A DNA stretch of 39,516 bases from Fidelibacterota bacterium (lineage in GTDB: Bacteria > Fidelibacterota > Marinisomatia > Marinisomatales > TCS55), in contig JBHHTW010000019.1 of assembly GCA_046861385.1 (NCBI GenBank), forward strand, positions 1 through 39,516. The letters run 5' to 3'. Below are positions 28,382-37,128 of the stretch, piece after piece (position 1 is the stretch's first letter; every line of letters starts with the position of its first letter). The position numbers were made by a program, and so were the translations under genes. The notes beneath the pieces were generated by a model. That model saw only the letters and a program-made list of their open reading frames with translations. It was not told the DNA's origin and did not search any database.

Positions 28382-29337
28382 ATACTGTGAAGAAAAAAGC
28401 GTATTTGATTTTATTAATCAGTTTATTTCCTATTTTCCTTTTTGGTCAATGACCTCTTTGAAGTAATCCTTCACTCCCGGTCGGGAGCACGACAGAAGGT
28501 ATTGGTGTAGTCGAGGATTCCTGGATGACGGGAACAGCTGTTTCCTTTACTAATTTTTCACCCATTCATGATATTAATGATGGGTCAGAAGAGGGCCATG
28601 TCGGAGAAATAGACTTACTAGTGACAAACTTTTACGGCTTATACGGGCTCACAAATAATTTAAATCTGTCAATAAGTTTTCCATACAAATATTGGAGACA
28701 ATTTGAGGTTGAACACGAGGATGCCCATCACCGGAATGACAAGCAAAAGGGAATTGGAGATATGACCCTTGGGTTAAGAAAAATAGTAATTAATGAATCA
28801 TTTGGACCCGGTCAGCGCTTGTTCTTTGACGGGTCGCTAACATTGCCCACGGGGAAACATTATGAATTAAATCCTTTCGGTACAGACGCAGATTCCGTTA
28901 ATCACTCCCATTTTGCGTTAGGAACAGGACAAGTCTCCTATTCTCTCGGGTCAGAATGGTGGAGGAGGTCTGAATTCCCGTTTATAATCGGAGTTTCTTC
29001 TATATTCAAGCAGGCTGTTACGGAGAGTAATGTTGGTTTTAAGCCTGGTTCAACCGTCAGTTTAACTTTTCATGCAATTCGGCAAGCGTCAATTATCAAA
29101 TCCGTTTTTCCATACATGCAATTGAAATATCGTCGTGAATGGCCGGATGAGTGGGAAGGTAAAGCAGCCCCGAATAGCGGTGCCGCATTTTTGGATTTTT
29201 CCGGACAACTGATTTATGAGGTTAGTGAGCAAAGTTCACTTGTTTTTACAATTGGTTTTCCACTTTGGCAGGCTGTTGAAGGAAGTCAACTCACCGGGGT
29301 AAACTACGCTTTAAGTTTTCGATTTAAATCTATTTGA
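28378..29337 (+). CDS. Putative secreted/outer-membrane beta-barrel selenoprotein with a UxxU motif (319 aa if both TGAs are read as Sec)
   Basis: ATG 28378 overlaps the CadC stop (ATGA). It reads MNTVKKKAYLILLISLFPIFLFG-Q-TGA-P-L-TGA-SNPSLPVGSTTEGIGVVEDSW, in frame with ORF 28525-29337. A SECIS-like hairpin follows. The body has GIGD.TLG and LTLPTG motifs of MetA-pathway-like 'transporter' barrels and His-rich loops. Confidence 0.8.
28468..28499 (+). promoter_or_regulatory. Candidate bacterial SECIS element
   Basis: Upper stem CTCCC/GGGAG closes a GGTC loop (28479-28482); lower stem CCTTC/GAAGG. The loop starts 17 nt after the second TGA and 26 nt after the first. Confidence 0.72.
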
Positions 29338-29504
29338 GTTAGTTATTTCGACATGGATTTTATTGAAATACCTCAGATTCATTATTTAAAAAAAATTCAA
29401 AAAAATGATGTACACTGAAAGTCAAATTGATTATTCAAGACTAATGCTATAATATAGTTTCCTATTCTGAAATCGAAGTTTATATCTTAACTATAATTAA
29501 AATG

Positions 29505-29522
29505 CTAATAAAACTCTAACAA
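29505..29522 (+). promoter_or_regulatory. Putative Pho box upstream of phoB
   Basis: CTAATAA (29505) and CTAACAA (29516) are direct repeats with an 11-bp period. Confidence 0.5.
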
Positions 29523-29537
29523 TTTACTTTTAAATTA

Positions 29538-30245
29538 ATGGTTATGAAGATAACACCTCAAAAACACATTCTCATTGTTGATGATGAAGAAGATATTCTA
29601 GAGTTGATCCGGTATAATTTGGAAATAAACGGATTCCAAACCACGTGTGTAAATAATGGTGAAGAAGCTTTAAAAAAAACACGCCGACTTTATCCTGACT
29701 TAATTATTTTAGATCTTATGCTTCCTAATATCGGAGGTCTGGATGTCTGTCGGATTCTAAAGCAGGACCTCCAAACCAAATCCATCCCCGTCTTAATGCT
29801 GACCGCCCGTGGAGAAGAAACCGACATTGTGAAGGGTTTGGAAATTGGGGCCGATGATTATGTTACTAAACCTTTTAGTCCACAAGTCCTTGTTGCCAGA
29901 ATGAATGCCTTGCTGCGTCGTTATTCTGAGGATGTTGCTGATAAAAAGGGTGTGATTACAATTCAGGAACTGACCATTCATCCCGGAAAACGAGAAGTAA
30001 AAATAGAAGGAAGACAAGTTGAATTAACCTATACTGAATTCCAAATCCTGCATCTCCTTGCTCGCCATCCGAACCTGGTATTCACTCGCAATCAGATTAT
30101 TGATGAAGTAAGGGGCGAAAACTACCCAGTTACAGACCGTGCGGTAGATTTTCAAATTGTTGGTTTAAGGAAAAAACTAGGTAAAGCGGGTGGATATATT
30201 AAAACAGTTCGAAGTGTTGGATATCGATTTTACTTGGAAGAATAA
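29538..30245 (+). CDS. phoB: OmpR-family response regulator, PhoB/PhoP-type
   Basis: IVDDEED, LDLMLP, GADDYVTKPF, winged-helix TVRSVGY. Adjacent to a PhoR-like kinase and the pst genes. Confidence 0.85.
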   Translation: MVMKITPQKHILIVDDEEDILELIRYNLEINGFQTTCVNNGEEALKKTRRLYPDLIILDLMLPNIGGLDVCRILKQDLQTKSIPVLMLTARGEETDIVKGLEIGADDYVTKPFSPQVLVARMNALLRRYSEDVADKKGVITIQELTIHPGKREVKIEGRQVELTYTEFQILHLLARHPNLVFTRNQIIDEVRGENYPVTDRAVDFQIVGLRKKLGKAGGYIKTVRSVGYRFYLEE

Positions 30246-30251
30246 CAAATA

Positions 30252-32015
30252 ATGGCCAACCGACGACTATTCTCACAATTGTTTATCCCTTCCTTAACCA
30301 TCATTATTGTAGTAATTCTAACTTTTGTCTGGTTCATCATACGCTCCGTTGAGGATTTTTATTACAATGAGAAAACGAATGAGCTCAAGGCTCGTGCGAT
30401 TCTAGTCAGTCGGAATATTTCAAATGAATTCGTCTATAATAGCAGCTATTTGACAAAAGTATGTCAGGATGTAGCCGCGGCCACATCAACCCGGATAACC
30501 ATAATAGCAGCTTCCGGAGATGTTATGGGAGATTCTCATGAAGACCAGCAGAAAATGGACAATCACAACGATCGTCCGGAAATTATCATAGCCCGTGAAA
30601 AAGGAATAGGTAAAGTCATTCGTTACAGTCATACGCTGGAACAAGAGATGATGTATTTGGCAATTCCTGTGAATATTGCAGGACAATCACTAATTATTAG
30701 AACATCCCTACCGATTACATCCTTGCAGGATAATATTGCTGGCATCCGCCGCACTGTTCTTATTATTGGAATAATAATTTCACTGCTGGCAGGAGGAGTC
30801 AGTTTTATCCTGTCAAAAAGAATTGCCAAACCGCTGGAAGTAATGAAGCAAAGTGCGGAACGATTTGCAGAAGGGGATTTCTCCCCAAAGCTCCCAGTCT
30901 CAAATACATCAGAATTAAACAGTTTGGCAAATTCGTTGAATCAAATGACGGAACAATTAAATGACCGCATTCAAACCATCCTTCAAGAGAGGAACGAACG
31001 GGAAGCAGTGCTGTCCAGCATGGTGGAAGGTGTTTTAGCGGTAGACACCAGGGAAAAAATTATAAGTCTGAATAAAGCCGCCGCCGAATTATTCCATACC
31101 GAGAGAGATATTGCCGTCGGGAAACCGGTTAGCGCTATTATCCGTAATTCGGAATTACTGTTTTTTATTGAACAGGTTCTGACCCGTAGACAATACCAGG
31201 AAACCGAATTGACATTCCGTAATGCAACCGACCGGTTTTTGAACATCACCAGCGCTGTATTACAGGATGAATCGGGTAGTTCGACCGGCGCTGTATTTGT
31301 ATTAAATGATATCACCGGGATCCGCAAACTGGAAAACATTCGCAAGGAATTCGTAGCAAATGTTTCCCATGAACTGAAAACTCCCATTACGGCTATCAAA
31401 GGATTCATCGAAACACTTCGCGATGTGACCGATTCGGTTGAGCGGCAGCATTTTCTGGATATCCTTGAAACTCAAAGCAATCGCCTGAATGCGATCATCG
31501 ATGATCTTCTGGAACTCTCACGTATTGAGCGTCAGGAGGGCTCGGTTGAAATTTTGTTAAAGGCAGGGTCTATCAAAACAGTACTGGTAGATGCGGTGTT
31601 GGATTGCCGCAAGATAGCGGATAAAAAGAATATTCCGGTGCAGGTGCAATGTGATGAGCGGCTTACTGCCCTTATGAATGCTCCGTTATTACAACAGGCT
31701 GTTGTGAATCTTCTGGATAATGCTATTAAATACAGCGATTTCGGAGATCAGGTTATTGTTTATGCCGAACAAAAAGGTAATCAGATCGTTATTTCCGTCC
31801 AAGATTTTGGAATCGGGATCGCAAAGGAACATTTCGAACGGTTGTTTGAGCGGTTCTACCGGGTGGATAAAGCCCGCAGCCGAAAACTAGGTGGAACCGG
31901 CCTGGGACTGGCCATTGTGAAACATATTGCCCAGGTCCTCGGCGGAGATGTTTCCGTCTCCAGTACAATTGGTGATGGAAGTATTTTTTCTATCAGGATC
32001 GAGGCGTCCGTATGA
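30252..32015 (+). CDS. phoR: PhoR-type sensor histidine kinase (HAMP, PAS, HisKA, HATPase)
   Basis: MDNH..RPEI, FVANVSHELKTP, NLLDNAIKY, FERFYRVDKARSR..GGTGLGLAIVKH. Confidence 0.88.
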   Translation: MANRRLFSQLFIPSLTIIIVVILTFVWFIIRSVEDFYYNEKTNELKARAILVSRNISNEFVYNSSYLTKVCQDVAAATSTRITIIAASGDVMGDSHEDQQKMDNHNDRPEIIIAREKGIGKVIRYSHTLEQEMMYLAIPVNIAGQSLIIRTSLPITSLQDNIAGIRRTVLIIGIIISLLAGGVSFILSKRIAKPLEVMKQSAERFAEGDFSPKLPVSNTSELNSLANSLNQMTEQLNDRIQTILQERNEREAVLSSMVEGVLAVDTREKIISLNKAAAELFHTERDIAVGKPVSAIIRNSELLFFIEQVLTRRQYQETELTFRNATDRFLNITSAVLQDESGSSTGAVFVLNDITGIRKLENIRKEFVANVSHELKTPITAIKGFIETLRDVTDSVERQHFLDILETQSNRLNAIIDDLLELSRIERQEGSVEILLKAGSIKTVLVDAVLDCRKIADKKNIPVQVQCDERLTALMNAPLLQQAVVNLLDNAIKYSDFGDQVIVYAEQKGNQIVISVQDFGIGIAKEHFERLFERFYRVDKARSRKLGGTGLGLAIVKHIAQVLGGDVSVSSTIGDGSIFSIRIEASV

Positions 32016-32045
32016 AAATCGAAGTTAATACATAACCGTTAGATC

Positions 32046-32132
32046 TGTCATCGCGATCCGGACACGAAGTGGCAGGAGAAGCGATCCCCTTGGGTCAGTA
32101 AGTGTAACGGGCTTTGATTTATCGCAATGACA
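32046..32132. repeat. Degenerate palindromic intergenic element (GTCATTGCGA...TCGCAATGAC type)
   Basis: TGTCATCGCGAT (32046-32057) and ATCGCAATGACA (32121-32132) are inverted repeats matching at 11/12, with an internal GAAGCGATCCC. Confidence 0.55.
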
Positions 32133-32325
32133 TGCTACAGTTTGTGTTTTAACCGTATTTTTATATAGGTCTTGATTTTTGATTCTTTTATTCCCGTTTG
32201 CCGCCAGTCAGCTGTAGCTTTTAGCGAAGACGGTTAGCGTAGGTGGATTAAAATATATAGGACAGCTCGGCCGTGAAATGCTGATCGACTTCAGCGATTA
32301 AAACTCACAAACTTCAAATCCTGCA

Positions 32326-32354
32326 CTAACCCAGGCCTAATACTACCTGAATAG
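32326..32354 (+). promoter_or_regulatory. Putative Pho box upstream of the TonB receptor
   Basis: CTAACCC (32326), CTAATAC (32337) and a degenerate TGAATAG (32348) at an 11-bp period. Confidence 0.5.
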
Positions 32355-32417
32355 TTTTCCGCCGAATGTTGGAATAAATATCCGTCATTTTGGTAGATGA
32401 AAAGAAAAAGGTAGACA

Positions 32418-35303
32418 ATGAACTCATTATTAAAATTTATTTCGCCCCGGTTCATATTCGTACTTGTTTGTGTTCCCGGATTATGGTCCGCGGAGACCGG
32501 TAAAGTCACTGGAATAATTATGGACACCAAGACCGGAGAACCGCTGATCGGAGCGAATATTATGATCAGAGGTACGGTAATTGGTTCCAGTTCAGATGTT
32601 AACGGTGAATTTGAACTATACCCTGTTCCTGCCGGAGAACAAATAATAACGGCATCCTACATTGCTTATGCATCCCGTGAAATTCTCATTACTGTTGTCC
32701 CAGGCGGAACGGTGGTCACTCAAATTAGCCTTGAAGAGAAATCTTTGGAAATGGAAGCAGTATCCGTTATGGCTAATTTAAGAAGTAATCGGGATGGAGG
32801 GGTGCTGGCAAAGCAAAAGAAATCCTTCCGGATTGAAGATGGCATCAGTTCGGCGCAAATGTCCCGCAGCGGCGATTCCAATGCCGCTGACGCTCTGCGA
32901 CGAATCACCGGCGCTTCGGTAAAGGAAGGGAAATATGTCGCCGTTCGCGGGTTAGGAGGACGCTATACCAACGCCCAGGTTAATGGTGGTCCGATTGCCA
33001 GCCCGGAACCGGATAAGAAGTCGATTCCACTGACCCTTTTCCCGACAGCTCTTCTGGAAAGTATTTCTGTAATAAAAACGTTTACTCCCGACTTACCCGG
33101 TGTCTTTGCCGGTGGATTCGTAAATATCAAGACCAAAGCCTATCCGGATAACTATGTGCTAAAGTTTAAACTGGCGGTGAAAGACAATTCCAATATTCAC
33201 AGCGGAAATATTTTTCGCCGGTCGGATAGCGGCGCACTGGATTATTTTGGTTATGATGATGGTACCCGCGCGGTGCCGAAAGATATTCCCGAAGATCGGA
33301 TGCTCAATATGTGGTTACCTCCTGCGGGAACAAATTATGCTAACTGGCGACAGGAATTAAGCCAATTTGGCCGGGATTTTCAGACGTCATTTTGTGTTAA
33401 AAATATACAGACAGCAAAACCCATTTCCGTTGGTGTCAATTTGGGCAACCGGTTCAATCCGACGTACAATCTGGAATATGGGTATTTCGTAAATGGCTCG
33501 TTTTCCAACAGTTATAACATTCTGGGAACCGAGTTGTCGACTTTCTCTCTCTATGATAACACTTATATTCCCACTCACCGGATTGAGAACTCCAAATCGA
33601 GTTATAAAACGAATTTAGCTCTGGGCTTCAGCAGCGGTATAAAATGGAGGAATAGCCACAAACTTAAATTTTATTATCTGTACACCCATTCCTCGTCGGA
33701 TAATGTGATTTATGGTACAGGAATGACTCCAAACATTGATCAGGGGGTTTTTATTAAACAGAAATTTTCTGAAAAAAGTATTCGTAATCTCACACTATCC
33801 GGTGATCATCAATTGAAAAATGACCGGTCTCTGGAGTGGAAAATCAATCTGGGTGATTCTCACCTGAATGAACCGGATGAAAAAAGTCATAACTATTTAC
33901 AGGGTACCGGAAATGATGTATACACGCTGGTAACATCCTCCTCCAAGGCCGGGATGCGTTCATTTACCTCCGGCCGGGATATGAATGGTAACATGGATGT
34001 GGATTATAGCGGCCGTATCGCCATCGGATCTCTGGAAAATATAAAATTGAAGACCGGTTTTCGCATACAGGGACGCAGTCGAAATTTTCGACGGAGGACT
34101 TTTTACCACTGGTTTTACGGAACCGATAATCAGGATGCATATATTGTTCGGGATCAAACCTTCGGCTCAGCTTTTGATAATGATAACTTCCTTTCTTCTG
34201 ATTCTGACGGTTGGATTCTGGTAGAGAATACCGATGAGTCCAGCCGCAGCGCCTACCGGGCTGACGAGACAATTTTAGCTCAATATATAATGGTAAGCGT
34301 ACCCTATGAACCGGCAATAAATTGGTTTGAAGAAATTCGGTTTATTACTGGTGTCCGCCGGGAAATATACACAATGGGATTGATCCCGTATAACGGCGTT
34401 ACCGGGGAAATATATGAAAATCCCTTTTTGGGTGAAGGTGAAACCCGCGGAGAAATAAATGAGGTGAATTATTTGCCTTCTTATAATGTTATTATGAGTT
34501 TTGTCGGGGATTTCAAACTTCGTTTTTCGTACTCCCAAACTGTAGCCCGACCCCAATTCCGTGAATTGGCGCCCCTGGAATATCAGGAATTTTATGGTGG
34601 GGACGTCGTCGTTGGTTACCAGAATCTTAAAAAAACCGGTATTGCCAACTACGATTTTCGTTTTGAGTGGTACCCCCGGACGAATGAGCTTGTCGCTGTC
34701 AGTGTCTTTGCTAAAACGTTTAGCAATCCAATTGAAGCTGCCCGGTTCGAAACAGCTGACCTTACTTATAAGACCTATCAGAATACATCAAAAGCAGAAA
34801 CTCATGGAATTGAACTGGAAATACGTAAACACTTGCCGGTGTTGCAATCCCTGGGCCGGATGATGATTGTTTTTAACAGCACCTGGTCCGAATCACGGGT
34901 TGATCAGAATAAAGAGATTACTTTGTTCAACGGAGAAACCATCACCAATTCAGCCCGCTCCGGTGACCGGCCGTTACAGGGACAGTCCAATTTTTTGGCC
35001 AACACGGAGGTGAACTTCAGAACTGACAACAATTTGCGGATAGCCGCGGCTTTTAACATTTTTTCAAGAAGATTAGTTGCACTGGGTAGCGGAAATGTGA
35101 CCGATGTGTATGAATATCCATTTCCTTCGTTAAACCTGACGGTGGGTAAAACACTGAAAAACTATTTGGTGACAATAAAAGTAAAAAACATTTTGAATTC
35201 ATCGATCCGGTTCGGACAGTCAGAACCGGGCGGAAATTTGAAACTAACCAGATCGTACCGACCGGGACAGTCGATCTCAATCGGTGTCGGATATGATTTC
35301 TGA
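32418..35303 (+). CDS. TonB-dependent receptor with an N-terminal carboxypeptidase-regulatory-like domain
   Basis: TGEPLIGANI, plug AADALRRITG..VRGLGGRY..K.FTPD, ARPQFRELAP, NYDFRFEWY, C-terminal GVGYDF. Confidence 0.92.
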   Translation: MNSLLKFISPRFIFVLVCVPGLWSAETGKVTGIIMDTKTGEPLIGANIMIRGTVIGSSSDVNGEFELYPVPAGEQIITASYIAYASREILITVVPGGTVVTQISLEEKSLEMEAVSVMANLRSNRDGGVLAKQKKSFRIEDGISSAQMSRSGDSNAADALRRITGASVKEGKYVAVRGLGGRYTNAQVNGGPIASPEPDKKSIPLTLFPTALLESISVIKTFTPDLPGVFAGGFVNIKTKAYPDNYVLKFKLAVKDNSNIHSGNIFRRSDSGALDYFGYDDGTRAVPKDIPEDRMLNMWLPPAGTNYANWRQELSQFGRDFQTSFCVKNIQTAKPISVGVNLGNRFNPTYNLEYGYFVNGSFSNSYNILGTELSTFSLYDNTYIPTHRIENSKSSYKTNLALGFSSGIKWRNSHKLKFYYLYTHSSSDNVIYGTGMTPNIDQGVFIKQKFSEKSIRNLTLSGDHQLKNDRSLEWKINLGDSHLNEPDEKSHNYLQGTGNDVYTLVTSSSKAGMRSFTSGRDMNGNMDVDYSGRIAIGSLENIKLKTGFRIQGRSRNFRRRTFYHWFYGTDNQDAYIVRDQTFGSAFDNDNFLSSDSDGWILVENTDESSRSAYRADETILAQYIMVSVPYEPAINWFEEIRFITGVRREIYTMGLIPYNGVTGEIYENPFLGEGETRGEINEVNYLPSYNVIMSFVGDFKLRFSYSQTVARPQFRELAPLEYQEFYGGDVVVGYQNLKKTGIANYDFRFEWYPRTNELVAVSVFAKTFSNPIEAARFETADLTYKTYQNTSKAETHGIELEIRKHLPVLQSLGRMMIVFNSTWSESRVDQNKEITLFNGETITNSARSGDRPLQGQSNFLANTEVNFRTDNNLRIAAAFNIFSRRLVALGSGNVTDVYEYPFPSLNLTVGKTLKNYLVTIKVKNILNSSIRFGQSEPGGNLKLTRSYRPGQSISIGVGYDF

Positions 35304-35326
35304 AAAATTAACATAAGGAGAAAATA

Positions 35327-36619
35327 ATGAAACACGTGATAACATTCTTCTGGCCTATTCTTATAGGATTAGTTCTGTTTGCAGGGTGTGACAAAGACCC
35401 GGTTTCAAACGAACAGGATGAAGGAGAATCCTATGAAATTGCCGGAGACCTTACGGAGAACACAACCTGGTCGGCGGTGAATGAGTATATTCTTACCGGC
35501 CAGACCTTTGTGAAATCCGGTGTGACTCTGACCATTGAGGCTGGTACGACTATCAAGGCCAATGCTGATGACGGTAATGGTCTGGCGCCGGCGCTAATAA
35601 TTGAACGCGGTGCAAAAATCATCGCTGACGGTACCGTAGCAGCGCCCATTACTTTTACTGCCAACCTCCCGGATAGCGAACTGCCACAGCGGGGAACCTG
35701 GGGTGGTTTGATTATTTTGGGGAGTGCTCCGATTAACGTTGATGGCGGTGAATCTTTTGTGGAAGGGCTGGTCGGCATACCGTTTGGTGGAAATAATGAA
35801 AATGACAATAGCGGTGTTCTGCGGTATGTGCGGGTATGGTACGGTGGACGATCCATTGGTCAGGATAACGAAATCAATGGTTTCACCTTTGCCGGAGTCG
35901 GTCGGGGCACCACAGTTGAACATTGTGAAGTTGCCTGGAATCTTGATGATGGTTTTGAAATGTTCGGCGGAACCGTGGATCTGAAATATTGTACCGTTCT
36001 TTTTGTAGGTGATGATGCCTTCGATACGGACTTAGGTTATCGCGGCCGCGGTCAATTCCTGTTTGCCTTAATCGGGAGCGCGGAAGGTAACCGGGGTTTT
36101 GAGATGGATAATAAAGCTAATGACAATATGGATGCCCAGCCACGTTCGAAACCTCAATTTCACAATGTAACCCTGGTCGGTTCAGGGGCTGATGCCGCGG
36201 CGGATAATGATCAGGTAATTCGTCTCCGTGAAGGTACCAGCGGAGATTTCAGAAACCTCCTGATCGTTGCCGGAAAAGAGTACGGTGTAAGGATTTCCGA
36301 TGACGCCACTCTGGCGCTCATAGGAACGGAACTAAATTTTTCCGCTAATAATATTATTTACAACTGTGCCAGTGGTCAATTCAAGGGTGATTATGGCCTC
36401 ACGGCACAGGATGTGGCCCCTCAGTTGCGCAGCTTGTCCGGGCGGGAAAGCGGAGGAACAATCGATCCGCGGCCGGCATCCGGCAGCCCGGCCTTAACCG
36501 GTGGTGAAACATTACCGAATGATGGATTTTTTGAGTCGGTTGGTTTTATCGGGGCTTTTGGAAATGATCTTTGGTTGGAAGGTTGGTCCTGGTTAGGCGA
36601 AATGAATCGTCTACCATAG
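35327..36619 (+). CDS. Lipoprotein with probable parallel beta-helix repeats, likely partner of the TonB receptor
   Basis: Lipobox FAGC; TLTIEAGT, WGGLIILG, DNSGVLRYVRV, NEING, DDGFE.FGG, DDAFD.D.G. Confidence 0.8.
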   Translation: MKHVITFFWPILIGLVLFAGCDKDPVSNEQDEGESYEIAGDLTENTTWSAVNEYILTGQTFVKSGVTLTIEAGTTIKANADDGNGLAPALIIERGAKIIADGTVAAPITFTANLPDSELPQRGTWGGLIILGSAPINVDGGESFVEGLVGIPFGGNNENDNSGVLRYVRVWYGGRSIGQDNEINGFTFAGVGRGTTVEHCEVAWNLDDGFEMFGGTVDLKYCTVLFVGDDAFDTDLGYRGRGQFLFALIGSAEGNRGFEMDNKANDNMDAQPRSKPQFHNVTLVGSGADAAADNDQVIRLREGTSGDFRNLLIVAGKEYGVRISDDATLALIGTELNFSANNIIYNCASGQFKGDYGLTAQDVAPQLRSLSGRESGGTIDPRPASGSPALTGGETLPNDGFFESVGFIGAFGNDLWLEGWSWLGEMNRLP

Positions 36620-36646
36620 TCCAATAGTCAGACCTTCTATTGGATA

Positions 36647-36676
36647 GAAAAAAGGGGCGGAATCGCTCCTTTTTTC
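36647..36676 (+). terminator. Intrinsic, probably bidirectional terminator after the lipoprotein gene
   Basis: GAAAAAAGGGGCG-GAAT-CGCTCCTTTTTTC, preceded by a second hairpin TCCAATAG/CTATTGGA (36620-36644). Confidence 0.85.
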
Positions 36677-36684
36677 GTTGTGGT

Positions 36685-36711
36685 CTAACATAATCCTAAC
36701 ATTATTATGAT
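36685..36711 (+). promoter_or_regulatory. Putative Pho box and -10-like hexamer upstream of mgsA-pstSCA
   Basis: Exact CTAACAT repeats at 36685 and 36696 (11-bp period); TATGAT at 36706-36711. Confidence 0.65.
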
Positions 36712-36723
36712 AAATTCAAACAA

Positions 36724-37128
36724 ATGAATAAATATAAAAAGACAATTGCCTTAGTTGCTCATAACTCAGAAAAGATTGCACTGGCAGAATGGGCAAGTGA
36801 AAATAAATCAAAGTTGAAAAAATTTAATCTAGTCGGTACGCAGGGAACTGCCCAAGCTATCGAAAATATCACCGGATTAACCATTAACCAGCTGGGGCAT
36901 GGACCTGACGGCGGAGATGTGGTCATCGCTAATCAGGTTTTAGAGGATAATATTGATATATTGATCTTCTTTATTGATGCCTGCACACCCCATGGGCATG
37001 AACATGATATCCAAATTTTAGTACGGATATCCGTGATAAAAAACGTTCCTATGGCCTTAAATCGGGCAACAGCGGATTTTATCATTTCCTCACCTTTCAT
37101 AATTAAAAATAAGAGCAAAGAATCATGA
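36724..37128 (+). CDS. mgsA: Methylglyoxal synthase family protein (divergent)
   Basis: IALVAH, GPDGGD, IFFID, H.HD, VPMALNRATAD. Confidence 0.82.
   Translation: MNKYKKTIALVAHNSEKIALAEWASENKSKLKKFNLVGTQGTAQAIENITGLTINQLGHGPDGGDVVIANQVLEDNIDILIFFIDACTPHGHEHDIQILVRISVIKNVPMALNRATADFIISSPFIIKNKSKES

Noticed and set aside
28378-28461. Alternative genetic code (TGA=Trp or Gly) as the explanation for the in-frame TGAs
   Set aside because: Many well-formed genes in the window end in TGA at family-appropriate lengths (795, 13351, 28381, 32015, 38853).
29470-32026. AAATCGAAGTT direct repeat at 29470 and 32016 flanking phoBR as a possible insertion scar
   Set aside because: An 11-bp match is expected by chance in 40 kb of AT-rich DNA, and no integrase or transposase is present.
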